A stretch of DNA of 64,000 nt, taken from NCBI GenBank assembly GCA_035221665.1, contig CM069136.1:56544001-56608000 (forward strand), read 5' to 3'. Below the pieces are notes generated by a model. That model ran no database searches and was not told the origin of the DNA. It was given only the letters and a program-made list of their open reading frames with translations. This stretch comes from Okamejei kenojei. Lineage: Eukaryota. A program made the translations under genes and the position numbers. Positions 11,538 to 24,489 of the stretch are shown here, piece after piece. Within the stretch, counting starts at the first letter, position 1; each line of letters starts with the position of its first letter.

Positions 11538-12834
11538 TTAACTTAAAAACTTAAGTATCTTAAAATAAGGTAGGGTGCAACTTACTAACCCAACACAGCT
11601 GTGGTGTTCCTCTCTGTGCCCAACCTTTCTCTGAAGGCATATTTCACAACAAAGAGAAACCTTGCGTTTCAATCTCATAGGGATCAATGACAAAACTGGA
11701 AAAAATCCCATCACCCTTGCCCACAATTTTGCTGCAAATATTAATTGCACTGAATAATAGCTGAAAAATGATGTTTCACAATCATAAATCATAATATAAA
11801 TAATAACAAATAAAAAAGCTTTGCTTTGATCAAGGCACTTTTAAATATAGTTCTTTGACATCGTGCTTTAATGTATATATTACCTGCAAGTATTGATCTT
11901 TGCTTTCATTGTTTTACTTTACCAGTAGTAACATTGCCTTTCATCTCAGGATAACCCTTTTTTGGAAGTTTTTGATTTAGCATTGCCATGAACAGCAAGC
12001 TTGAAGATAGTTGGGGAAGCCATTTACTCCACGCTATTATTTAATTCAACTGCAACGATGCAGCACTTTGGATATTTTTTTGTTACTTTATTTACAAAAT
12101 AGATCGGGGTAAAGGAAAATCAATGGGGAATATAGATAGCATCTTGTTTATAGAATATATCAAACATCAACATTCACACTCTTTTGTCTTGCTTATAGTT
12201 GTAGAATTTGGAAAATTTGTATATTTGGGATTTGAAACCTAAACCTGCTCATATACAGGGATTTGGTGAAAATTCTCTTTTAGTGTGAATCTATTCTAGC
12301 ACATTATCTTGAGACAATAAAATGTTAGAGAACATTAATTTTGATGTGGAAAGAACTAGTCTGTCAGTCCATCAATTCACATACTGTGATTGGGATCCTG
12401 AGCCATCTATATGTGTGAAATGGTAAACTCAGCAAGATAATCTGTTGACCTTTTTCATACACTTACCTAAACAGTCTGAACATTCTCTCACCATAAGTAC
12501 ACTGGCACTTTGCTTACCACTCGGGATGCATTACTCAGGGGCAATTCTGTTAATGGAATAGAGCTAAAAGGAGCCGTCGCCGCATTTTATGTAGAGGGAT
12601 GAATTACTGACAATATTGGTGTACTCGGAATCTGGCACAAATCCATTCCCTCACAGCTGTTGTGTGGAGTACGCAGTTGAAGGCTCAGCACTCTGCTGGT
12701 ATTCTTGCAACAATGAAACTGCCAAATGCATCTCATCTCTGCTTGACAATGCGGACTGGAGTTGGTGGTTGAAATGAGAGGGGTGGATTGCTTAGGTTCT
12801 CAACACAGCGAGCTGCAGCCTGAGAGAACGTCAG

Positions 12835-13060
12835 GAACAGGAATAAGAACAGGAGTTGGCAATGAGGCCCCCTCGAGCCTTCCTACCGTTCAGTATAATT
12901 GTGGCTAATCTTTGCTGGTCTCTCCTACGCCAGTTCCCCATTTATCCTCAATTCCATAATTTCTCACATTTATTTATCTCCACCTTAAATTTGTTTATTG
13001 ATTTGCCCTCCAACACCCAAGGGCAGAGAATTCCAGTGATTCACTGCCCTTTGAGAGAAC
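12835..13060 (-). mobile_element. Old CR1 3' fragment
   Basis: Diverged match to the CR1-A 3' end (AGAACAGGAGT..GGC...CCCCTCGAGCCT; GGCAGAGAATTCCA). Confidence 0.55.
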
Positions 13061-14639
13061 ACAGTATGGGAGAGGTGCCGGGTGATATGTACCTGTGAGC
13101 GTTTGGACTCCAGGACCATGAGTGCTCTAATGATTGAGCACTCTCACGACTAGTGCTAAGAGGAGTAACAGTGCACTGTGATTTTGTTAGGCATTATATA
13201 AATAGCTCTGAAGAGTTGAGATTGCCCCTCATTTCCCATCACTACCACCTTTTAGTGAAAGACTTGACCTCCAATGATGAATCTTGAGAAAATATATGTA
13301 CCTGTTGGCCAGAGCTTATTAGTATATTTGAAAATAAATCTTCAAATGGTATAAATGGAAAAAATAAATAAATTCTGAAAACATTTGGCATTTCCAAGTG
13401 TTTTCAGTGTTTTCTGTTTTTATCACAGAGTATTGCATATTGTAGTACCTGGTGCAGATGTGTCTATGTTACCAAAAATAAATATATCAATTGGGTTTTA
13501 AGCATGAAGAGCTGGAAAATCATGACGCCAGAGTGGTTATCTGCAATTCTGCAAATTTCTCCCAATGCCTCTGCTGTCAAGGTGCAGGGCTGATTGCTGC
13601 CCAATCTTGGAGACACTAAAATGGAAGTAGTACTAAAAGAGCTATTAGAACAATGTTGGCAAAACTGTTGTTTGGGAGTTACCAAATTATTTTTTCTGCC
13701 CTTTCTCGCCTATGTCTAATATATAATACATATACTATATATAACGCAGCCAATGTAAACATTCAATTTTATACAATTGATTTATGTTGCTATTGCTTGG
13801 AGAAGCCATACCAGTATGAAGGGAAGACCAAATTTGGTGGACTTTGTGAATGAATATTTTCTTTTTGGTCTCTAACTATAGGAATGTAATTTCTACTGAG
13901 TTATTTAATCATGAACAGTTTAGTTGGCTTGCACGGTTTGTACATTTACAATATGAAATGAAAAATATGCGAAGAGAATGAAGTAATAAATTAGCACCAT
14001 AATTGGAGTTGTTTTAACATGCAGTTGAAAAAATGTGCGAAATTTAGAGGAAAAATAATGGTTTTGCAATGGAATTCTGGCACGGTATAGCCTAATAGAA
14101 ATAAGCACATTCTTTTGCAATCCAGTTCAGTGCACATTTTTGCACACTGATGTTAAGGCACATTGCTGAAATGGACAAAATATTGATCAGCATCCACTTT
14201 TATTGATTTTCATGAAAATAATGAAAAGTGCAAATGTAATAATTCTGAAATAAAAACAGAAAACCCTGGGAAGACTCAGCAGGTCAGACAGCATCTGTGG
14301 AAATGTGAAACAGAGGCCGAAGAGCTGAATGAATTATCACTTATTTATATTTGATGCTCCCAACAGAGGAAAGACAAAATTGTCATTATCTGTACCTTGG
14401 TCATTGTACTCAAATTTCACATTCCTCGCTGAAGGATATAGTAGTTTGACCAGTTTGTTTAGTTTAGGTGTCTAATGTTCTTTGTTGTCACCTCCCACTT
14501 TCATCAACATATCATGCTGAATGTTGAAAAACCCAATGCTGAAAAGCTATCTAACTAACAGCAGATGCCAATACAAAATTTATCCCCATTTAACCTGTTT
14601 CAGATCCCCCCCACCCTTCATTTACATGTAATAGACCCC

Positions 14640-15420
14640 AGAGTACATTTCATGTAGTTTTTGTCATATGCACACAATTACAATAAGGCGTATGTACAAT
14701 GAAAATCTTGTTTTTGTGCAATGCCTGAGCATCACTCAGACAATGCACAAATTAGACATATTATTTGTAAATTAGACATCCAGCAAGAAAGTAACAAGAG
14801 AAAAACTATAAAAAAGGACATTAGTGCGAAACTAAAGGGAAAAAGTCTACAATCGTGAGAGATAGTTCTCAGTGAACTGTTGTCAATGTCGGAATATGAT
14901 TGTGCGGGTCGGCTCAAGAACCTGATAGTTCAGAATCATAAGAATGAGAAGAGGCACTTCACCCCTTTAAGTCCATGCTGACCACCAATCACCCGTTTGT
15001 ATTAGTTCTATGTTATCCTACATTCTCATCCACTCCCTACACACCAGGGGCAATTCACAGAGGCCAATTAACCCACACGTCTTTGGGATGTGTTAGAAAA
15101 CTGAAGTTCACACAGTCACCAGGGAATATACAGACTGCACCCGAGGCCAGGATTGAACCCAGGCTTCTGGCGCTGTGAAGCAGCAGCTCTACCAGCGACA
15201 CCACTATGCTGCCCCTGTAGGAAAGTCGCTGTTCTTAAACCTGCTGGTATCTGACTCCCTTCTGCCCAACGGTTACAGGAGAAGGGGGCATGGCCCAGAT
15301 GGTGGGGATATTTGATGATATATGCTGCCGCCCTGAGGTAGTGCCTCATTTTGATGCTTTGACTGGTGGGGAAGCTGCTGGTGATGGATAGGGCTAGGTT
15401 CACCAATCTGCAGTCTCTTG
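14640..15420 (-). mobile_element. Rex1/Babar-like fragment interrupted by a SINE
   Basis: CCTGATAGTT (14921-14930) resumes as GTAGGAAAG..CTGTTCTT (15217+); YPHHLGHAPFS...GRR-like motif on the minus strand. Confidence 0.55.
14931..15215 (-). mobile_element. HE1-like V-SINE
   Basis: Reverse complement begins GGGGCAGCATAGTGGTGTCGCTGGTAGAG, with B-box-like GGTTCAATCC. Confidence 0.75.
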
Positions 15421-16833
15421 TTTTCTTGTGTATTGTGAAAATTAGTTTTTCATGTTCATCCGTTAATCTATATTATTAAATAGACTTACCATCTATTTAT
15501 GTGGCAGTGCTATACTATTTGGCCGCCATGTTTCTCCATATGGTAGCAATGAAAGTCGTTCCAATATGCTACAAATTCTCGAGTTAAAATGTCTGAAATG
15601 TAAAAGTACACGTTGCTTTTGTTTGATTTTTGCTAAAAGTCACACTGGTAAACTATAACTTGTAATCAAGGAAGAGCAATTGTCAGAGGTGCTGAGAGCA
15701 AAACATTTATCAATTTCAGTTTTTGATTAAAGCTAATTAATCTTGGAGCAACCAACGACATTCTATGATTGGCTTTCGTGCATCTGGGGATAGTGGACTA
15801 ATAGTCTTATTCCTGATTGCTGTATAGTGCTCCACGCTGAAAATTGGTTGTGCAGACATGGAGATTGGATTTTGAAATGTTTGTAGCTGGAATTCTTCTC
15901 AATAGTTAGCTGTGCATCCTCCATTTAGGATGTGCCATTACTTAAATCCCACTGACATTCAGTCTTACCCATAGAATTCCCCCTCCCCCAAGGTTATAGC
16001 AGGATTCCATTCCGAGGAACACTTATAGCCCAAGCTATTGGGAAGTCCTAGTATCACAGAAATGGCTATCACTGGAGAGTGAGCAAGCAGAGGAACAGTG
16101 GCCACTAGCCAGCATCCCTGACTCAATCAGTGAGGGGTCTGCTCAGCTATCCCAGTTCTGCTCGGCTCAACGCAGCCCCCAATTGTGGCTACGTGGCAGG
16201 TGAGAAGATAAGGCATATAGCGATGCCTTGTTCCCAATGAGCAGAAGATGTCAGCAGCCAGCAAATCCATCTCCATCCATCCCAACGGTTTCCCACATAC
16301 TCTTTTGTAGGTTGGGTGATCATACCTTGGAGAGGACCCGAAGAGAAAATTGTGTGGCCATCGAAGAATAGGCATATCGATGAATGCTAAATTAAATTGT
16401 ATATATTGTAAACCCTCTCCACAAATTTTAATGGGATTGAGAATAAAAATTAAGATACAATATTGGGCATGTTTATTTTATTGGGGTGCAGCATGCATAA
16501 AATGTGCAAGTAAGTGTGTCGAATTGTCAAATTGTGGCAGAAGTTAAAGCCTTGAGTGATTTGGTGAGGGCTTCAAATGTGATTTCTGACAGCTGAACAA
16601 ATCTGTCAGATGCATCTCTCCGAATCAGCATGCTTTTCAGATTAACATAGAAACATAGAAAAATAGTTGCAGGAGTAGGCCATTCGGCCCTTCGAGCAAA
16701 TTAAATTTGCTGTTCCCTATTGATTTAGATTGTGTTGAATAATATATATGTTTGCTTCATGTAGGTACAAAGAGATGATTTCATACACAGAATTATTTAC
16801 TGTAAAGTTATTAACAAGAGATTAAAATAAAAA

Positions 16834-16922
16834 AGACACACATTGTAGGAGTAACTCAGTGTTAGGCAGCGTCTCTCGAGAACATGAATAGTTGATCTTT
16901 CGGTTTGGACCCCTTCTTCAGA
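16834..16922 (-). repeat. pLTR-derived repeat with hammerhead core
   Basis: Minus strand CTGAAGA-AGGGGTCCAAACC-GAAA at 16898-16921. Confidence 0.6.
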
Positions 16923-18369
16923 ATGGCTGTCCATTTGAAGAGAATATCTTGTTTTCTGTGCATCCATAGCTTAACTGTGTTGCTGTTTGAAAGGCATCGG
17001 ATCCTGCTATGGTGTACAAACTTTAAAACCTAGGTGCTGGAGCATATTTAATTAAGTAGGAAATATGTTTTAACTTTACAGACCAGCATTACTCGAGGTG
17101 TGCACTTTGGGTGGAGAGTGAGAGCTAAATTCAGATATTTTTTGGGGGTATTCTCATCAACCTATTCAAAGGGAATACCTTTGGAACTTAATGGTAATGG
17201 AAAACAGTAATGGAAAACAATCAGATGTTGTTAGTTTATGCTTAGCCCTAAAACTCCCCTGGGGGCACATGTTACATAAGAAATTCAAATGTGAGCAATT
17301 TAGCACCACCTGATTTTTAGGTAAAATTAAATTAAATTCTCTCCACATGGCGAGATTCTATAGGCAATTTCTTCAAAGCTGCATTCAGTTGCTTTTATGC
17401 TATCACCACATCTGGTTTGGCTGGGGGCGCTAAGGTTAGATATTTTAAGCAGCATGGATGACAATTTTAGTCAGTGGTTTGATGTATCGTGAATGCTAAC
17501 TTTTTAACTTTAATTTAGGTGTTATGGTGCCTTTGAGGATTTTTAGTTATTTGTTAGGTTTTCAGTTTTGTTAAGCAATGCTTTGTTTCTCTTGCTAGAT
17601 TTGTCATAATTCATGTGAATGAATAGACATCTACAGTACAAATATCAGGGAGCAAATGTGATCATGACTCAGATAGGGCTACAAAACAATAAAGGCAGCT
17701 GTGTGATGGGGTTGAAACCATATAAAATTACCCACCTTGTGCAATCCACCATTGCAATGTTTTGTGACCTGAGGGATTGGCAATTATTGTTGTTTGCCAC
17801 AGACTATTCTTGATCGTATGTTGGAATATCATGTTTATTTTGGAATGTTACAGATTTAATACCAGTAAAGTGCAGAAACTAGATGAAGATTGAAAATAAG
17901 TGAAAAAGCAAAGTGCACAGAGGAAACTAGTTTTTGTTTATAATGTTTGTACTCATTTACTCTTCAAAAGAAATAATTAAAATGTTGTAAGCTCAATCAG
18001 TGATCTTTTCATGTCAACCAAATAAGCAGTAGTGATTATTTTCAGTCCTTTAGGGTTTACATATATACCAGCGGCCAAATCAACATGATGTAACATGAAA
18101 AATCTGCTGCAATATAAGTAAATATGTGTCCTTAGTTTGCTGAAGTTGGCAGAAACTGTTAAACTTCGATATGCTTTTAAAGTATAAAAACATTACACAA
18201 GGCGCGGGAGTCACTCAACAGGTCAGACAGCATCTCTGGAGATCATGGACAGGCGATGTTTCTTCAGTCTGAAGAAGGGTCCCAACCCGCCTTTTGCATA
18301 TGGGATCTGTGAACTATTTCTGTAGATGTGGTAAGTGTATGTGCTAAGGGGATGTGCTTGGGTATGCAA

Positions 18370-18618
18370 TTAGTTTAGTTTAGAGATACAGCGCAGAAAC
18401 AGGCCCTTCGGATCATCACGCCATCCAGCGATCCTGCACACTACAATATCTCACACACACTAGGAACAATTTACAATTATACCAATTAAGCAACAAACCT
18501 GCATGTCTTTGGTGTGTGGGAGGAAACCGGAAAACCCATGCAGGCCACAGGGAAAACGTACAAAATCCGTACAGACAAGCATCCGTAGTCAGGATCGAAC
18601 CCTACCGCTGTGCCGCCC
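18370..18618 (-). mobile_element. HE1-like V-SINE
   Basis: (TTTAG)n tail, GAAACAGGCCC, GTGGGAGGAAACCGG, CGTACAAA. Confidence 0.75.
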
Positions 18619-18737
18619 TGTGTTCACAGGACTTTTTTTTAAAGAAAAAAAGAATTCTGCAATTGCACTTCACACATGTGAGAATAAAAGCACCATTGAA
18701 CCCAAAACGTAGCCTGAATGAGAGATGCTGCCTGACT

Positions 18738-20644
18738 GAAAAGAAATTAGGAAGGCTAAAAGAAGATATGAGGTTGCTTTGGCAAGAAAGGTGAAAGTAA
18801 ACCCAAAGGGTTTCTACAGCTATATTAATAGCAAAAGGATAACGAGGGATAAAATTGGACCATTAGAGAACCAGAAAGGACAGCTATCTGCAGAGCCAAA
18901 AGAGATGGGGGAGATATTGAACAATTTCTTTTCTTCGGTATTCACCAAGGAGAAGGATATTGAACTCGGTGAGTTAAGGGGAAAGAGTAGAGTAGCTATG
19001 GAAACTATGAGATTCAAAGAGGAGGAGAAGTACTGACACTTTTGAAAAAATATAAAAGTGGATAAGTCTCCAGGTCCTGACAGGATATTCCCTAAGACAT
19101 TGAGGGAAGTTAGTGTAGAAATAGCAGGAGCTATGACAGAAATATTTCAATGTCATTAGAAACGGGAACAGTGCCGGAGGATTGGCGTACTGCGCATGTT
19201 GTTCCATTGTTTAAAAAGGGTTCAAAGAATAAACCTAGCAATTATAGACCTATTAGTTTGACGTCAGTGGTGGGCAAATTAATGGAAAGGATACTTAGAG
19301 ATAATATATATAAGCATCTGGATAAACAGGGTCTGATCAGGAACAGTCAACATGGATTTGTGCCTGGAAGGTCATGTTTGACAAACCTTCTTGAATTATT
19401 TGAAGCGGTAACTAGGGAAAATTGATGAGGGTAAAGCAGTGGATGTTGTCTATATGGATTTCAGTAAGGCCTTTGACAAGGTTCCCCATGGAAGGTTGGT
19501 TAAGAAGGTTCAATCTTTGGGTGTTAATGGCGGAGTAGCAAGATGGATTTCAACAGTGGCTGAATGGGAGATGTCAGAGAGTAATGGTGGATGGCTGTTT
19601 GTCAGGTTGGAAGCCGGTGACCAGTGGGGTGCCTCAGGATCTGTGTTGGGTCCACTGTTGTTTGTCATGTACATCAATGATCTGGATGATGGGGTGGAAA
19701 ATTGGATAAGTAAGTATGCAGATGATACTAAGATAGGTGGTGTTGTGGATAATGAAGTAGATTTTCAAAGTCTACAGAGAGATTTGGGCCATTTGGAAAA
19801 GTGGGCTAAAAGATGGCAGATGGAGTTTAATGCTGATAAGTGTGAAGTGCTACATCTTGGCAGGACAAATCAAAATAGGACGTACATGGTAAATGGTAGG
19901 GAATTGAGGAATGCTGTGGAACAGAGGGATCTAGGAATAACTGTGCATAGTTCCCTGAAGGTGGAATCGCATGTAGATAGGGTGGGTAAAGAAAGCCTTT
20001 GGTGTGCTGGCCTTTATAAATCAGAGCATTGAATATAGGAGTAGGGAAGTAATGTTAAAATTGTACAAGGCATTGGTAAGGACCAATTCTGGAGTATGGT
20101 GTACAATTTTGGTCGCCTAGTTATAGGAAGGATGTCAACAAAATAGAGAGAGTACAGAGGAGATTTACTAGAATGTTGCCAGGGTTCCAGCAACTATGTT
20201 ACAGAGAAAGGTTTGAACAAGTTAGGTCTTTATTCTTTGGAGCGCAGAAGGTTAAGGGGGGACTTGATTGAGGTCTTTAAAATGATGAAAGGGATAGACA
20301 GAGTTGACGTGGATACGTTTTTCCCATTGAGGGTAGGGAAGATTCAAACAAGAGGGCATGACATGAGAATTAAGGGACAGAGGTTTCGGGGTAACGTGAG
20401 GGGGAACTTCTTTACTCAGAGGGTGGTGGCTGTGTGGAATCAGCTTCCAGCAGAAGTTGTGGAGGCAGGATCGATTTTAACATTTAAGAGTAAAGTGGAT
20501 AGGTATATGGACGTGAAGGGAATGGAGGGGTATGGTCTGAGTGTAGGTAGATGGGACTAGGGGAAAACAAATGGTCGGCACGGACTGGAAGGGCCGAGAG
20601 GGCCTGTTTCCGTGCTGTAATTGTTATATGGTTATATGGTTATA
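18738..20644 (+). mobile_element. CR1 LINE subfamily B, ~1.9 kb 5'-truncated ORF2 (RT), copy 1
   Basis: NYRPISLTS, QHGF..GRSCLTNL, YMDFSKAFDKVPH, GSVLGPLLF, YADD; (TTATATGG)n tail; several 1-bp frameshifts. Confidence 0.95.
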
Positions 20645-21161
20645 CCATGTTCCCTAGAGATGCTGCCTAACCAGCTGTTATCCCAGCACTTTGTCTTTTT
20701 CCTTCGTAAACCAGCATCTGCAGTTCCTTGCGTCTATGCTTTTAAAGTAATGTTTTTAACCCCATACTTTGTCATTGACTGCCAGAAAGTTTTGAAATCT
20801 TACAATTCATAAATCTGTAAACATAAGTGGACAATTTTGTTGTGGAAATAATAAAATACGCAATCCAATCGGATGACTGGACCAGTTGCTACCTTCTTTT
20901 GTCAATGTTCAAAATATTTTATTTGTTTGGAAGATCAGAATTTTTACTATTTATGCATTTAAATTGATTAAGAATGTAATTAATGATTAATGTCATTAAT
21001 TTTGCACTGTTTTGTCTTTGAAATACTCCCACAAATGATCTGATTAATGAGCAACAACCTCACAATGTAACTAAACTTATTCAGTACTGAGTCATACTCT
21101 TTTCTTCGATGTACCATGATGCTACTTTCATATGATGGGTGGGTTCTTGTACTTGAACGTA

Positions 21162-23036
21162 CAGCCTTCCGCTCACTCTGGTTACCCGACTTGGTAATTA
21201 AACCCGCCAACAAGGGAGGTGCCATGGTAATCTGGCGCGCTGACCTCAACCGGACTGAGACCAGGCGACAACTCTCAGACACCTCCTTTTACTTATTATT
21301 GGATCATGACCCCACAGATGAGCACCAGGCCTTAATATCACACACCATTACTGACTTCATCACATCCGGCTCTCTGCCCGCTAAAGCCTCCAACCTTATC
21401 GTTCCCCAGCCCCACACGGCCCGATTTTATTTTCTCCCCAAAATCCACAAATATAACTGTCCTGGCAGACCCATTGTTTCTGCTTGTTCATGGCCTACCA
21501 AATTAATTTCCACATACCTCTACTCCATCCTCTCCCCCCTGGTCCAATCCCTACGTCCAATATACCTCACACGCTCTGCGTCTCTTCAATGACTTCCAGG
21601 CCCCCACTCCCTCATCTTTACTAAGGATGTCCAGTCGCTCTACACCTCCATCCCCCACCAGGAAGGTCTTAAAGCCCTCCGTTTCTTCCTCGACCACAGA
21701 ACCAGCCAATTTCTGTCCACCAATACTTTCCTCCACCTAGCAGAGCTGGTCCTTACCCTCAACGACTTCTCCTTCGACTCCTCTCACTTCCTCCAGATCC
21801 AAGGCATAGCTATCGGGCACTTGTATGGGCCTGCCGCTTTGTAGGGTACGTCAAACATTCCCTGTTCCAGGCGTACACTGGCCCTACCCCGAACTCTACC
21901 TCCGCTACTTTGACGGCTGCATAGGTGCTACCTCCTGCACCCATGCAGAACTCACTGACTTCATCCACTTCATCACTAATTTCCATCCTGTACTCAAAGT
22001 CATTTGGACCATCTCCGACATCTCTCTACCGTTTCTCGAGCTCACCTTCTCCATCAGAGGAAATAGATTATTGACCGACATCTACTTTAAACCTACTGAA
22101 TAACAGAGCTATCTTGACTACACTTCTTCCCACCCTGCTTCCTCTCTATCACCCTTCTCCCAATTCCTCAGTCTGCGCCGCATCTGTGCCCAGGACGAGG
22201 TTTTACACACCAGGGCATTAGAGATGTCCTCGTTCTTTAGGGAACGGGGGTTCCCCTCTTCCATTGTAGATGAAGCTCTCACTAGGGTCTCCTCAATATC
22301 CCGCTCTTACTCCCCATCCCCCCTCTCATAACAAGGACAGAATCCCCCTTGTCTTCACCTTCCACCCCATCAGTCGTCGCATACAACATATAATCTTCCA
22401 ACATTTTCGCCACCTCCAAAGGGATCCCACTACTGGCCATATCTTCCCATCTCCACTTCCTTCTGCAGAGACCGTTCCCTCCTTAACTCCCTGGTCAACT
22501 CATCCCTTCCTACCCAAACCACTCCCTTCCCAGGTACTTTTCCCTGCAACCACAGGAGATGCAACACCTGTGACTTTATCTCCCCCCTTGATTCCATCCA
22601 AGGACACAAACAGTCATTCCAGGTGAGGAAGAGGTTCACTTGCACCTCCTCCAACCTCATCTACTGCATCCACTGTTCCAGGTGTCAACTTCTCTACATC
22701 CGCGAGACTAAGCACAGGCTCGGCGATCGTTTCGCTGAACACCTCCGCTCAGTCCATCTTAACCAACCTGATCTCCCGGTGGCTCAGCACTTCAACTCCC
22801 CCTCCCATTCTCAATCTAACCTTTCTGTCCTGGGCATCCTCCATTGCCAGTGAGGCCCAGTGCAAATTGGGGGAACAGCACCTCATATTTTGTTTGGGTA
22901 GTTTACACTCCAGCAGTATGACCGTTGATTTCTCTAACTTCAGGTAGCCCTTGCTCTCTCTCTCCTTCCCCTTCCCAGTTCACCCACTGGTACCTGCCTC
23001 ACCTGCTGAGTTTCTCCAGTATTTTGTGTGTACCTT
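21162..23036 (+). mobile_element. Penelope-like element (RT + GIY-YIG endonuclease), decayed
   Basis: IKPANKGG, FYFLPKIHK, PGRPIVS, DVQSLYTSIPH, YLRYFDG (YIDD remnant), FTCTSSNLIYCIHCSRCQLLYIRET.RL..RF.EH; ORF stop ~22947, then a pLTR remnant. Confidence 0.9.
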
Positions 23037-23533
23037 CCATAATTTATGATTGGTTTCATAATGGTAACATTTAAGAACGTCAAATAAATCATAGCAACTG
23101 TTTAGTCAGTTTCATCAGTGGTGACCTTTTGAGTAATTCTGCTGCTTTCTTTGATATTTTTTCTTCTTGATGTCTTGCAGCTTGATATTTTATAGGTGTA
23201 CTGATGGATTTTAATTTTGTTTTTTTTGTCACATTCGAGCTGGAGTGCATAACTCTCAACTCCCTCAACCAGCAATACAAAAATTATGGATTACAATTTT
23301 CTTAAAATAAATGGTTAGAAACATAATAGTAAGATTAAACGAGAACTTACCAGTTCGAAGTTTGATCATTATTTTATGAGGAGTAACGATGAGGGATTAC
23401 GTGAAGAAGCCCCGCCTGGCGCTAGAACGGCATACTTCAAAGCAGCGGCATGAAAAACACAGAACACCATAGCCGGAGTAAGATAGTAAGGCATAATCGA
23501 TAATATCAATTGATAGTGAAACAAAGCAGGTGA

Positions 23534-24480
23534 TTATAGTGAACCCAACACCGCGTATCCAAAGCCTGTCATTGTGTAAACAGGTTTATTGTAGAACTTT
23601 GAAAAAGTTTCTTCTTTACACCACCCTGCGGTTTCTAAAATGTGTTCGAGTGGTACGTCCTGTAACTTCGCCGCGGACGTAGCTGCTGCCCTGGTGGAGT
23701 GAGATTTGAACACATCAGTGTCTACTCCTGCTAAAAGTAACACCTGTTGAAATTGTTTGTACTGAAGCTTTTGTGTGTGGTTTCTTATGCATAATCATTA
23801 ATGTTTTTTCATCACCTCGAAGAGTTTTGGTAACTTTTATATATTGATTCAAATGTTTAACTACACACAACGTTGGATCAATAGGGTAAGCTTGAAACAT
23901 TACCTTTGCTCCAGTTCTCCCTGGTCTGCTTTGTTTGATCAGATCGTAAACATAAAACACAATGTTATCTGCAGCCACATGCATACAGTCTAAACGTAGC
24001 ATTTGTAATGTTTGCACCTTTTGTGCTGAAACCAATGGCATTAACATTACTAATTTAAATGTTAACTTTTCCAATGATAAAACTTCAATTGGAGTCCATT
24101 GCCTAAGTAAAGTAAGTACAATGCTGACATCCCAAATTTCTGTATATCTTGGTTTGGGTGGATTTTTGTTAAAGATTCCTTTCATAAATCTGGATATTAA
24201 TGCATGTGATCCAATTGATTTCTGGACAGAGATTTGTCCTAAATAAGATGATAAGGCACTACGTGCACTATTAATGGCACTATAACTTAAGTGCTGCTCA
24301 AAATGCAACTCAGCAAGGAACTCCAATATGTTTGCAATGTTCACAGTATGATAGGATATATTTGATTGTCTACAAAAATTTTCCATTTCTTTATATGTGT
24401 CATATATTGTTTCTGAGTGCTATCTCGCCATGATGCGACTATAACATCCATAGTTCTATCCGACAATCCAAGCTCTTGTA
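23534..24480 (-). pseudogene. DIRS ORF3 tyrosine recombinase (frameshifted)
   Basis: SAINSARSALS, PKPRY..IWDV, CVV, HSTR, GW...TF.KFY; frameshift near 23745; the first catalytic Arg position reads SAQK. Confidence 0.88.
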
Positions 24481-24489
24481 GTGGTCTGG

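Noticed and set aside
22840-22860. TGA ending the PLE GIY-YIG ORF as a possible selenocysteine codon
   Set aside because: Better explained by a small deletion in a copy that has many other disablements; no SECIS recognised.
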